A stretch of 64,000 nt of DNA from a virus (taxonomy: Duplodnaviria; Caudoviricetes). The translations under genes and the position numbers were made by a program. The stretch covers positions 4,281 through 68,280 of the IMG/VR virus record IMGVR_UViG_3300033417_000006. One strand, written 5' to 3'. Of this stretch, positions 43,023 to 54,600 are shown piece after piece (position 1 is the stretch's first letter; each line of letters begins with the position of its first letter). The notes under the pieces are model-generated. The model was not told the origin of the DNA. It ran no database searches and saw only the letters and a list, made by a program, of their open reading frames with translations.

Positions 43023-45139
43023 TGTCGATTAAGAACTGTTACAAATTATTTGATTGGCAACCCATGGCGGGTCTCCTGGACAACAGGTCTAGCCCGGAAC
43101 AAATGGCGGCGTTATCCTATAGGTTGAAGCAAAACACATGGTCGCCGGATGAAAGAAAGTTTTGTCGCAGACCGCAATGGGAGCGGTTATTCCCAAAGCC
43201 CGAGGAGGATTATAACAACGAGGATTTGCACGATCAACTGCTTGCCTTGCAAACCTTTTACAACGACCTCGATCCAGCGACCGATCCACAGGGTCACATC
43301 CGAATTTATCCACATGCCGATTGTGATTCCACGTTGCAGACAAGAACGAATGGGCGCGAGCCGGTAACGCTTATCCTTGAAGCCATATCCAGCTTTGGCT
43401 CCAGGAAATTGATTGCGGGAACGCAGAGCAGGATTTATGTCCTGAATGAACGGACTGGCAATTGGAAGTTGATTGCCGATGGTTTCGGCAAATCCCAGGA
43501 AGCCGGGGTATGCCCGAGGGAAAGATTTTATGCCACGTTGAATCAGAACGCGGTGTTGTTCACGAACAACTATAACGCGCCGTTTTTCTGGAAATTCGAT
43601 GAGCCGACGAGTGGTTGCGCCATGCAGGCATGGACGCCGATACCAGATTTGGATTTGATAGGGCTGACGAAAGCGGCTGTGTGTTGGACATGGAAAGGGG
43701 TGACGTTCCTTGCCGATGTTGAGATGGACGGTTTGCGGCATGAAAACAGGGTTGTATGGTCGGATTACAACAATCTATCTTCTTACGATCCATCGAAGCC
43801 GGAAAGCATAACGGGCTTTCAAGACCTGGAACATGGCGAGAAAATTTTAGGCGGACTTGAGCAGGGAGATTTTCTGTTGATCTACACCACGAGACGAATA
43901 TGGCAGGTGGCCGTGGTTGGAGGCGAAGGTGTGTTTAATTTCCAGAAGAAATATTCACCGGGCGAAAGCAAAGACCGCTGTTTGTTTTACAGAAACACGT
44001 TAATATCGGACGGTGAAAATCATTTCTACCTGGGTGTGGACGGAATTTACGCTTACAATCTCTACACAGCGCGACCGGAAAGGATTGAATGGATGCATGT
44101 GGGGAGCAAAGAGCTTTTCGACACCATCAATCCCGGATGTTGCGATAATCACATTGCTGAATTCAACACTGTCACGAAGGAACTTTGGTTTAGCTGGTCA
44201 ACGACTGGGAACGAGAATTGTTGTCCAGACAAAACGCTGGTCGTCAACCTGAAATACCCGGATGTAAGCACCGTGGATTTCGGTTTCACGGCATTCACGC
44301 ATTACCAGAGCGATCCTAGGCCGACAATCAGGGATTTCATTCTGGACAACTGCATTTGCACACCCGCCGAACTGAACACGCTCGGACATGGATTTGTGAA
44401 GGAGGGATTGCCAAGAGTTGACCAGACGCCAAGCTGCACGCCGAGGACAAGTATATATTCGAACACAGACATCATGGTTGATGGCGCTGCCGTGGAGGAT
44501 TACACAAAGACAACGGCGGATACCGGTTCGTTATGCGACTTGCTTGGGGACAGTTTGCTTGAGGATTTATGCGGGGACTGCGATTCCGAGATAACATTTA
44601 TAGGGGCATCGAGCGAGGACCTGTGTTTGAAACAGATAGGAGAGGTTTATCTGAGAGAACGATGCACGAACCCGGCGGCAACGGGAACAACGGGTGGTTC
44701 CGGTTATACTTCTTCTCTGGGAACATACGCTGATGATCCTTATACGACAAAGATCAGGACCGGGCCGATGGGTTTTGGAGCGAATCAACAGGAAAAAGAG
44801 ATCGGCTGGTTTGGGCTCGGCCTTTTGCCCGAACTGCAAGTGACGCCGTTGGCGGTCGAGTGCAGAATCGGACGATCCGCTGAGGCGAGTGATCCTAATA
44901 ATGAACTCTGCGCCATTGTTTGGGATGAACAGGATAACAAGGTCTTGGAATGCCAGGATGCAAACAGTGAAGCCGATCATGAATCTGATGGGACCCGAGC
45001 GTTTCAGATGGTTGAATGGCCGATGTTTTATCAGGGCTATTTTCTTTATTGGGAACTCACGATAGCCGGTGTCGGTGGGCCGGTATGTTTTAATCGGGCA
45101 ACGCACAGGGTTCGACTATTGGACTATTGCCATCGTTGA
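43022..45139 (+). CDS. Tail tubular/stabilisation protein (P22 gp10-like beta-propeller)
   Basis: RVVWSDYNN, LIYTTRRIW, HFYLGVDGIY, ELWFSW, TLVVN; position in the tail module. Confidence 0.65.
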   Translation: MSIKNCYKLFDWQPMAGLLDNRSSPEQMAALSYRLKQNTWSPDERKFCRRPQWERLFPKPEEDYNNEDLHDQLLALQTFYNDLDPATDPQGHIRIYPHADCDSTLQTRTNGREPVTLILEAISSFGSRKLIAGTQSRIYVLNERTGNWKLIADGFGKSQEAGVCPRERFYATLNQNAVLFTNNYNAPFFWKFDEPTSGCAMQAWTPIPDLDLIGLTKAAVCWTWKGVTFLADVEMDGLRHENRVVWSDYNNLSSYDPSKPESITGFQDLEHGEKILGGLEQGDFLLIYTTRRIWQVAVVGGEGVFNFQKKYSPGESKDRCLFYRNTLISDGENHFYLGVDGIYAYNLYTARPERIEWMHVGSKELFDTINPGCCDNHIAEFNTVTKELWFSWSTTGNENCCPDKTLVVNLKYPDVSTVDFGFTAFTHYQSDPRPTIRDFILDNCICTPAELNTLGHGFVKEGLPRVDQTPSCTPRTSIYSNTDIMVDGAAVEDYTKTTADTGSLCDLLGDSLLEDLCGDCDSEITFIGASSEDLCLKQIGEVYLRERCTNPAATGTTGGSGYTSSLGTYADDPYTTKIRTGPMGFGANQQEKEIGWFGLGLLPELQVTPLAVECRIGRSAEASDPNNELCAIVWDEQDNKVLECQDANSEADHESDGTRAFQMVEWPMFYQGYFLYWELTIAGVGGPVCFNRATHRVRLLDYCHR

Positions 45140-45140
45140 C

Positions 45141-45656
45141 ATGCCAAAAGCACCATTAAATTTGCGGCGTCAGGCGGTCTCAAAACAGGCCGTTGAGCCA
45201 GTGACATTACCGACGCCGCCGAGGTTCCCGGAAGCCTTGAGGAGAATATTCGCGAAGCACGCCGGCGAATTCGATAAATACGACAAGGACATGCTGAAGT
45301 GGCGCGACGAAGCGCAATACATACTTTACCAGGCATTACAGGCGCTAAAACTTGATCGAAGCGTTATTGAACAGATCATAACGGAAATTGCTGCATCGGT
45401 GGTTGTTGGCGCCGGGGTAATAGCGGAGACCAATTTTGGCCAGGCCCCAAACGAGGGCGCATCGGCATTGGCGTCGCGCGAGGATCATACCCACGGAACT
45501 CCGGCGAATCCATTGCCGGGGCATGTGGCGGCGCCGGACCCGCATCCGCAGTATCTCACCGAGGCCGAAGCCCTGGATTTGATAACTCAGAACAGCGGGG
45601 ACGATGATGCCTGTGATTGCGCCATGGTGACATCAATGACCTACGGAGGAATGTGA
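45141..45656 (+). CDS. Virion structural protein
   Basis: HVAAPDPHPQYLTEAE motif, typical of tail-associated proteins. Confidence 0.6.
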   Translation: MPKAPLNLRRQAVSKQAVEPVTLPTPPRFPEALRRIFAKHAGEFDKYDKDMLKWRDEAQYILYQALQALKLDRSVIEQIITEIAASVVVGAGVIAETNFGQAPNEGASALASREDHTHGTPANPLPGHVAAPDPHPQYLTEAEALDLITQNSGDDDACDCAMVTSMTYGGM

Positions 45657-46015
45657 TGGAAGTCGTGGGAACAATAAACGAGGCGATTATACCAGCGGTG
45701 GGCGCCTGGACATTGCTCTACACGGTCCCCGACGATCTGTCGGCGACATTGAGCACCATTGACATCAACAACAGGGATGATGCCGCGACGAACTTGGATG
45801 CCGGGGTATGGCTGGCCTTTGCGCCGCCGCCTGAGGTCAGGGAGGAAAAGCACGAACGGTTGACCGATTTTCAGGTTGAACCCAGGAACCCTTTTTCGAA
45901 GACGCAAGGCTGGGTCTTGAGATCGCAGACCGAGGTTTGGGTGAAATCGGACAAGAGCGATGTTGGATTTGCAATAACGGGCTTGCTGTTCGCCATCGCG
46001 GAAAACATCTACTAG
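45656..46015 (+). CDS. Putative structural protein
   Basis: TLLYTVP...IDINNRD; coupled start. Confidence 0.55.
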   Translation: MEVVGTINEAIIPAVGAWTLLYTVPDDLSATLSTIDINNRDDAATNLDAGVWLAFAPPPEVREEKHERLTDFQVEPRNPFSKTQGWVLRSQTEVWVKSDKSDVGFAITGLLFAIAENIY

Positions 46016-46378
46016 ATGAGCCAAGGCAACGCCAATCCTTTCGGGAAAGACATAGATGCCGCCGTGATGCCAACCGGGGGGCGTGGTGTGAGGGGTTGGT
46101 TATCTGCGATATTCGATGCCATGGCGCAGGCATCGAGTTTCACCAAGATCAAGCGCGACCTGTATCGAGATGATGAACAGGTGTTGTATGATGTGCCATC
46201 GCCGCCGGCTTCGGCGAAGATGTACAGCGGGTTTGCCAATGAAAGCGCGACGACGGCGCAAACGGTTTGGGACATTGTAAGGACGACATACGATGCCAAT
46301 GGCAACCCGGCATCGGAAGGCATTGCACTTGGAATTGCATGGGACGATAGGGTGACGGAAACCTACACGGACGATTAA
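46016..46378 (+). CDS. Putative structural protein
   Basis: WDIVRTTYDANGN...AWDDRVTETY. Confidence 0.55.
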   Translation: MSQGNANPFGKDIDAAVMPTGGRGVRGWLSAIFDAMAQASSFTKIKRDLYRDDEQVLYDVPSPPASAKMYSGFANESATTAQTVWDIVRTTYDANGNPASEGIALGIAWDDRVTETYTDD

Positions 46379-46419
46379 AGCTGTTGTGGAAGCAGCAAAA
46401 ATGGAGTAAGGATTAAGCC

Positions 46420-47373
46420 ATGGCAACAAAACGAGCCCAGATGCCGGCGGAGTCAGGCTTCGGTCTCTCCACGATCATCAACATGGCTACTGGCGGGCCT
46501 GAGACCGAATTGATGCGGTTACGCAAAGAGCCGTATCTGGACAAAAAGTATCGGTCGATGGTGGGCGACTGGGATGTGTTTGGCAAGGAAAGCAAGCAGA
46601 GCCTTGGATATTGGGCCAAGGCATTCATGCAGGGTCAACCGGAGCGTGAAAGGATGGCCGGCGAAGAATCTGGGGCTGTGGGGAAATATTTCAGCGGTGA
46701 GATGGATGAAATCTTGCGCAGACTCAGGCAACGCAGGTCTCAAGCCATGAGTGATATCACGGGCCGATCACTGGATTACGCCACGCGGGAACGGAAGCTC
46801 GGTGCATTGGGGGGGCCGACCGGCGAAAGTTCATGGTTGAACAGGTTGGCGATGAAACAGAGCGGGGATATTATGACCAGGGAAGCCTTGGATGCCGCCG
46901 AACAGGAACGACGCGATTTGGGTTACTTGGAGCAAGTCCGACTTGCTTCTCCAGGTCGGCGACAGGCAATTCAAGATGCCGCATTGGCGGCGAGAATGAC
47001 ACCGGAAGAAGTTTCGGCGCAGGAGTTGAGGCGACGCTTCGGGGTCTTGGGCGAACTTGCCCGTCTGATTCAGGAGAACACCATGTATGGAACGCAAGTC
47101 GTGGAAAGTCCATGGGCAGGGTTTGCTCGCGGTCTTGACACCGGGATAACGAATGCGGCGAGTGTGGCGGCGAGCATCTACGGGATGGCTGGCGGCATGG
47201 GCGGCGGCGCAGACATGGGCGGCGGTGGAGCGCCATCTACGGCATCATTGGCGGCGCAATACCCGGCTTTATCTGGCTCGCCGTATGCTGGGATGAGCTT
47301 GAATGTGCCACAGGGCGGCGGCGGTTCCTATGGAACATTTTCGAGTTCACCGTATGCGGGATTGAGATACTAA
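46420..47373 (+). CDS. Putative ejection (internal virion) protein
   Basis: Helical, Gly/Ala-rich tail; lies after the tail genes. Confidence 0.55.
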   Translation: MATKRAQMPAESGFGLSTIINMATGGPETELMRLRKEPYLDKKYRSMVGDWDVFGKESKQSLGYWAKAFMQGQPERERMAGEESGAVGKYFSGEMDEILRRLRQRRSQAMSDITGRSLDYATRERKLGALGGPTGESSWLNRLAMKQSGDIMTREALDAAEQERRDLGYLEQVRLASPGRRQAIQDAALAARMTPEEVSAQELRRRFGVLGELARLIQENTMYGTQVVESPWAGFARGLDTGITNAASVAASIYGMAGGMGGGADMGGGGAPSTASLAAQYPALSGSPYAGMSLNVPQGGGGSYGTFSSSPYAGLRY

Positions 47374-47374
47374 C

Positions 47375-48610
47375 ATGTCAGCTTTAGGCGATACCATTGG
47401 ACAGGCGGGCGCGGCTTACCGAGCCGGGATAGGACAATCGCAGCAAGGCTTTCAGAATGCTCTGGGTAATTTCCTGCAAACGCTGTCGAATTTGCAGCGG
47501 CAACGCGAGACCCAAACGGAGCGCCAAAGGGAAGATGATTATCGCCAAACTTTGTTGGGTCAAAGAGAGAAAGAGCAAACAGAAGCGATTCGGCAATGGA
47601 CGGCAGAGCACGATCTTAGAAGAGATGAATCTACGTGGCGCCAGACATATCCGCCTTACAGTTCACAGGCTTACCGTGATGACCAGGTTCATCGGCAGAT
47701 GGCGGAATCCGATGCAGCCGAAGGACTTTTTAAGGCCGACAATTTCAGAGGCAAACTTTCCGAGCCGGAAATAAAATTCTTCGATAGATACAATCAGCAA
47801 GTCCGCAGGGAAGGCGAGGAACGATTCAAGACACACAAACAGGCGGCGGACTCCTTTAACAGACTCGCCAAACTCGAAACCAAAGACATACCTGAAACTG
47901 AAATAGAAGCCGAGAAATGGTTGTGGATTAGGGGCGGCAAAGATGATCAAAAGGTTAGAGACGCACGGAAACAGTTGAAGGATTTCCGGGAAGAAGCTGA
48001 ATCTCTGCGTGGATTAACGAAAGCCTTGGATAAGGAAACTATGAAAGGCATAAGGTACAATCCTGCGACTCGCGGATTTGAGCCTCTTCCCTTGCCTTGG
48101 AAGGATGAAGGCCGACAACTGCCGGGAGCACAACGGCAGGGAGCCGGCATGTTTCAAAACATTATCGGGGCATTGAGCCGATTAGGGACGCCAACGGCGG
48201 CGCCAGCGGCAGGACAGGTCCCGGCTGCCGTTGCGCCGGGGCAACCTGAAATGAATGTGCCCGGAGCGGTCAATCGCGGAGCGCCGAGATTGAATCCATG
48301 GTTGGGTGCCAGATGGGACATGCCAAGGCAGGGTTATGGCCCCGACGCTTCCGTGGCGAATCTGCTCTCTGGATTGCGCGCTGCGGATGCGCCAGCACAG
48401 GGACCGGCATTACCAGGATTGGGTGGAAGCATGACTGCGGGGCAACCGGCTTGGATGCCTTACTCCGTGGATGATCGGCAAATGTCGGAAGCCATCGCGA
48501 ATGAGAGAAATGCATTTGCGAACCGCGTGAAATTCCTTGAACAACAAGGTATGACGCGGGAAGAAGCCGTGGCTGAGGCGTTCAAATATTTTCCAGACTT
48601 CAAGTTGTGA
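47375..48610 (+). CDS. Putative ejection (internal virion) protein
   Basis: Gln/Glu/Arg-rich coiled coil; lies immediately before the giant ORF. Confidence 0.55.
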   Translation: MSALGDTIGQAGAAYRAGIGQSQQGFQNALGNFLQTLSNLQRQRETQTERQREDDYRQTLLGQREKEQTEAIRQWTAEHDLRRDESTWRQTYPPYSSQAYRDDQVHRQMAESDAAEGLFKADNFRGKLSEPEIKFFDRYNQQVRREGEERFKTHKQAADSFNRLAKLETKDIPETEIEAEKWLWIRGGKDDQKVRDARKQLKDFREEAESLRGLTKALDKETMKGIRYNPATRGFEPLPLPWKDEGRQLPGAQRQGAGMFQNIIGALSRLGTPTAAPAAGQVPAAVAPGQPEMNVPGAVNRGAPRLNPWLGARWDMPRQGYGPDASVANLLSGLRAADAPAQGPALPGLGGSMTAGQPAWMPYSVDDRQMSEAIANERNAFANRVKFLEQQGMTREEAVAEAFKYFPDFKL

Positions 48611-48613
48611 CTC

Positions 48614-51600
48614 ATGCCAAGCACAGACGAAGAGATATTAGCGGAAGCCCGAAAGCAATTGCATGGGGGCGATCCTCGCACCGCAGAACCTACGGTGGCA
48701 GGACAGGGTCATCCGTCACGGCAATCCATTTTTGGGGTCAGGACTTCCGTTTCCGATGATGATGAGATATTCGCGGAAGCCCGGAGGCAGCAGAAAGCCA
48801 GTGCTATAGGTTTTCGTGAGGCGGCGCGGCGGGAATGGGAAAGAACACCTGGGGAGGAGCTTGTTCCATTCGGTGATGTTGGGAGACTAGTGACAGGAAA
48901 ATCCCCGACCTGGAAATTATATCGCGCCGCAGAAGTGGTTAGGCAAGGAGATGAAACTGATCCAGAATACGAGAGATCGTTGTTGTATCTCAAGGAATAT
49001 CAGGATGAACAGGCGCGTATTCGGGATGAGAGCAGGCGTAAAACTTTCATGGGCAAAGTCGGCAGCGGTATTGTGGGTATTGCCCCGAGATTGCCGAAAT
49101 ACCTCGTTGAATTCGGAGTGACAGGACCCCTCTACACCCTGGGAAGAAAGGTGGGATCGAAGTTATTGGGGAAGGGCGCGAAATCAGCGGTGAGCAAATT
49201 CGCGGGGCGCCAACTCGCAAGAGCCACTGGGGCGGCAGCACAAACGCCAGCGGTGATGGCAGGTAGTATCGGGGAAAGAACCATTCAAAGGCTGACTCCG
49301 TATTTAAATATCACCGAGGATGAAACCGGTAGATTGGAAGCCGCGTTTCAAGATACCGACGACAATTTTCTAAGCGCATTAACCAAATCCTTTGGAGAAG
49401 GATTCATTGAAACCGCGACAGAACGGAGCGGTTTGCATTTGATGAAGCCATTGAATAAGGCCGCGACAAAGCTCGGTTTGAAGCGGGCCATAACAGCGCG
49501 TTGGCTTGAAAAGAATCCCAATGCAACTGTGGATGATTTAATAACCAAACTTCGATCTAAGACGGCTTGGCATGGACCGATTGCCGAAATTCTCGAAGAG
49601 GAAGCCGGAAAAGCCGCTAGGGCCGGAGTCGGGCTTGAAGAATACAAACTGACAACATTGGATGAATTGGTTGCCATGGGGGCATCGTTTGCCCTGCCGG
49701 AAGCCGGGTTTCGCGGACTCCGTGGATTGAGCAGGTTAGCAACAATGAGGAGGGATTATGCCACTGATGAAAGGGCGGAGCAGGAAGGTCGTGAGCCGGA
49801 ATATCGCCGAACTGAGGCGGAGCGGGAGGAAGAAAGGCAAGATAGGGAACGTGCGATTGCGGAACAAAGAGCACGAGAGACGGGTAGCCGCGGCGGTCGC
49901 GCTACGCCAGGCGGGCCTGTCGAAGTTCGGGAAGAAGTGACGGAACCGAAAATCCCGATCATTGGCGGCGTCAACTCCGCTGATCTTCGTAACATTGCCT
50001 CTGCCCTTGAACCCGCTATTGATCGTGGGTTGGCAGCCGCGAAGGAGCGCGGGGATGTTTTCGGTGAAGCCAGGTTATCGACGAGACAAGGGCTTGTCCG
50101 GCAATACCTCGATGATCCAAGTCCTGCCAATGCAAAACGATTGGGTCGAGTTCTTGGACTTGAAATCAACGAAGATGCCGAGGGTGTACCGACGATCTAC
50201 GAGGCACTCAGGGATCGTGGGGCAACAATGGTGACGGAGGTAGAACGACCCAAAGGCGAGGCGAAGGCTATCGTTGAGTTCGAGGATGGATTGTGGTGGA
50301 GAACGGAACCAACGGGATTCCGGTATGGCCCATTTGGGAGTCGCGCGGATGCCATGGGAAGGGTGGCTAAACCGCCTAGCAAACCAGCCCCGGCCGCCGC
50401 TGAGCGTGTTGAAGAAGTGACGGAGGACGAGACTCAACCCAAGCCACCGGAGTTGATGCCGTTGGCAGGACTTGGGGCAGAAGAACTTGCGGAGGCGCTC
50501 AATCTCTATGCCGATAAATCTGCTGGATTTGACAAACGATCAGGCAAAACGGTTGGTTTTACCAGAACAACCAGGATAACTGCTGGCCTGCCGTTGTGGG
50601 AGAACATGACGCCGGACGAGCGCATGGCTGAGTTCAGGAGTCGCGCGCAGGAAGATTTCAAAAAGGCGTCTGAGGAAGCTGTAAACCCCGTGGAATACAT
50701 GATCGAACGGGCATTAGACCCATTGGACCCGATGTCGGGCATATATAAGATTCTGCTGCTGAATCGTGGGGCCGCAATCGAAGGTGGCAAGATAAGGTTA
50801 TCTCCAGAGCTTGAGTCGCTGCGGGCGGGCCGATCACTTCCAGGGGCAAAGCCTCCGCGTCCAATTATTTCTGGATCGCGCTGGTCCGCTGTAACACCAG
50901 TCAAATCCGCTGGCGTAGATGGTGTATGGGGCGTGGTTGATGCCGCTGATTTGGTGAGTTCAAACGATAGCGGTTACGATCAGAGGTTTCAGCCAAGGGA
51001 TCGTCGAAGAATGGCGAGTCGCGAGCAAATCGCGGAAATAGCTTCCAGGCTGCAACCGGAACGGCTCGGCGCATCCGAGACTACGGATTTAGGGTCTCCA
51101 ATTGTTGATGAACACAATCAAGTGCTTTCAGGCAATGGAAGGTTGGAGGCCATACGGCTTATTTACGATTCTCAGAGCGAGCGAGGAGCCGAATATAAGC
51201 AATTCGTTATGCGCGAGGCCCAAAGACTTGGGGTTGATCCAGCGAAATTAGAAGGGATTAAGCAACCCGTGCTTGTAAGGCGAGTTACGAATTTCGGCGA
51301 GATAACCAAGGGAGAATTTGCAAGGCAAAGCAACGAACAACAAGTCTTGGGGATGAGCGACGCGGAGAAGGCCAACCGTGACGCGGCTATGCTTGTTGAT
51401 AATCCAGGGTTGCTAGACATTTTTCTTCCCAATGAAAGTGGTGATGTTTTAGCCGCAAGCAATCGTGAATTTTTGAATAAGTTTATTCAGGGAACAGGGG
51501 ACCGGGCAACGCTGCTTAATGCCGATGGCAGTTACAACGTTAAGGCGCTCGGGCCGCGCGTGAAAGCGGCTGTATTGGGCGCACTTTTAGGAGCCGAAGA

Positions 51601-54600
51601 CAGAAACACAATTTCAAATTTAGTTGAACGCGCTGTTGATTTGAACATTGCGAACGTGGCTTCCGCGCTTCAAAACGCCGCGCCACGATTGTTGAAGTTC
51701 CGCGGCAATCCGTATGACCTCAGCCCGATTTTGAACCAGGCGATAAAAGATTTGGTAACGATCAGAACAGAGGGGCGGAAAGCGGAGGAATTTCTTGGGC
51801 AATCGACATTATTCGGGGATGCCCAACGGACCGCTGAATCGGATTACCTGCTTTTACAGTTTGCAAAACTCGGAAGCTCGAAGCAGATTGCAGAAGGACT
51901 GACTCGGTATGCTGAGCTTGCATCGAAAATTGATGTCACAACGCCGGACATATTCGGAGCTAAACTAGCAACCAGGGAAGAATTATTACAGCAAGCTTAT
52001 GAACGCAAACAAGCACCCGAAGCCAGCCAAACCGGTCTCCCGCTGGCAAAACCTCCAGGACAAGCTCCGCCAACCGGGCCACAGGCTCAACCTGCTGCAA
52101 AAGGCGTTCCAACACCGCCCGGTCCAGCCGCCGAAGCACCGGCGGTAACGCCGTTTGGTTCAGAGAATGTTTTGATCAGCGCACAACGAGCGGAAGAACT
52201 TAAGAAGCGCATCAAGGACAAGCTGAAGAACGTAAACATTGGAATTGACCCAACCATCTTCTCTGATGCCGTTCAACTCGGCGCATATTATATCGAAGGA
52301 GGGCTCCACCGATTTTCCGACTGGGCTGCCAAAATGTTGGAAGATTTAGGAGACGTAATCAAAGATCATCTAAGGAGTATTTATGAAACCGCCAGAGTCA
52401 CTATCGAATCGCCAAGCGGCGAAAGCCGTAGCGGACAACCCCCCGGTCTTCAACCCGGACTACTACCTCCAGGAGAGCGCATCGTCACCGCCCGACCTGA
52501 GCATACCAATGCCGCGGATGAGTCAGTCATCCCAAAAGAACTCCTCCCGCACCTTGATCCGCACCAGAGGCAAGGCTCTGCGACTGCGATAAGAAGCATG
52601 GAAGTCCGCGGCGGCATGTTGCTCGCCGATGCCGCTGGAGTTGGTAAAACTAGGCAAGGAATCACAGTCGGAAAGTACGAGGCTGATCGCGGATCAAAGG
52701 TCGTGATTGTAACGCCGTCGATGGTCATAAAGCAGAACTGGAAAAAGGGAACGTTTGGTGGCAGCTACGCCTACGACTCCGGCCAGATGGGCGTCAAGAT
52801 CAGGCTTGCTAGGGATGGCAATGTCAATCCAGGCGAGATCGGAATCACAACGCATGAGAACTGGAAGGACATAGCAGCGAACACCGACGGCAACACGGTT
52901 CTGATCATAGACGAGTGCTTTGTGCCTGGAACTAAAATCAAGATGGCCGATGGGACTCTGAAGGAGATCGAGAAAATAAAACCTGGCGAGTTTGTAAAGA
53001 ACGCATCTGGGTGCGGAGAGGTGGAAGCCGTAAGTAGGCGTTGGGCTGGATCGTTGGTAAAGATCGCTACGGAGGCTGGCAGCGTGATATGTACCCCAAA
53101 TCACCCGTTCCTTACACAACATGGATGGATTAAGGCTGGACAACTTAGCCAATCACACTATCTTAAAACCCATGATGAAACAATGCGAATGGTGTGGGGT
53201 TCGGTTTGTGGGGAAAATCGACCAGCCGAAACAGAGATTCTGCGGGACTTCCTGTTCGGCGAAATGGAGGACCAGCCGACCAGAATCGAAGGCGATGTAT
53301 TCGACGCCGCAATTCCTGAAACATCTTTCAGAAGGTTTGAAACGGGCGCACAGCTTGAATCCAAAACTTGCGGAGGCGGCTTCACGGCGTATGACGACGA
53401 ACAATCCAATGCGGATAGATGGAGTTCGGGAAAAGGTGTCAGCCACGCTTCAACGAATCGGCCACGGCCCGTCGGTCAGGGGTGGGAACGGAACTGGCCC
53501 AACAGCGGCGGAGCAGATTTTGTTGAGTGCTCTACCTGGGACGAAGCACAACCACGCCGTTTCGCTTGGAAAGAGAACAAAGGGCTATCCGACATGCTAC
53601 AAGGTCGATGTAGCCATGCCCGGAATCAGGATGGCAATAGAGTGCGACGGGTTATCCCATGGCGCTTTTGCGCGACAACTTCAGGACCGAAAGAAGGAGG
53701 CGAAACTGTTGGAATTAGGGTGGATAGTGTTGAGAGTGTCCAACAAAAGGATTTTACACGATACGGCGGCGGTAATTCTGGAGTTGAAGTCTATAATCTT
53801 CAGGTTTCAGGACATCCAAGCTACGTCCTATCCAATGGTGCGGTAGTCCACAACTGCCACTTCCTTAAGAATCAAAGCCAGCGATCACAGCACGCAACTC
53901 GTGCGATTGCAAAAGCGAAGTCGGTCCTGTTCATGTCCGCAACGCCTGGCGACAAACCTGAGCACATCTATTATCTCGCTCGCATGGGGATCATGGAAGG
54001 AAAGACGGTCCAACAGCAGCTTAGCGACCTTGGCATGACACTCGTAACCATCGACAAGATGGTTAAGGAGGCTGATGGCACTTGGCGAAAGCGACGGATT
54101 ACGTTCTGGGCTCCAGACCAGCGCGTTACTGATACCCAACGGCACGAACGGTTCAGCGCCCTGTTCGACCGAATGACCGCAAGTGGCGCGATGCTGAAGC
54201 GTGAGATCAGCATGAAAGGGACTCATGTCCAGGTGTTAAAGATTACGCTGCCTCCCGAAGCTCACGACGCACAGCAACTCATCATTGACACGGCTTTGCG
54301 AGCTTACCATGAATCGCATTTCGATGATGTGAAGGGACTTAGGAAAGCCAACATCCTCATGCACCTTCGGCGGCAACAGGAACCATTCAAGATTGCCTCA
54401 GCGGTGATGCTGGCACAACGCGAGTTGGCTGCTGGGCGGCAGGTGCTTATTTTCGTGTCGAGGGTCAATGAATCTGAGGCCGGCTTTAACGAGTACGTGA
54501 AGACGCTGTCTGGAGAAGTCGAGACGGTCCGGCATGTTGCTATGACGAGCGAAGGAACCGCTAAGTTGCTGCGCGAGGCACTCGAAGACGCCGGGATTCA

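Larger units (their letters stand above)
52916..53854 (+). mobile_element. Intein (313 aa) inserted at DE|CH of helicase motif II
   Basis: Starts CFVPGTKIKMADG; block B ICTPNHPFLT; ends VYNLQV...VVHN followed by Cys. Confidence 0.95.
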
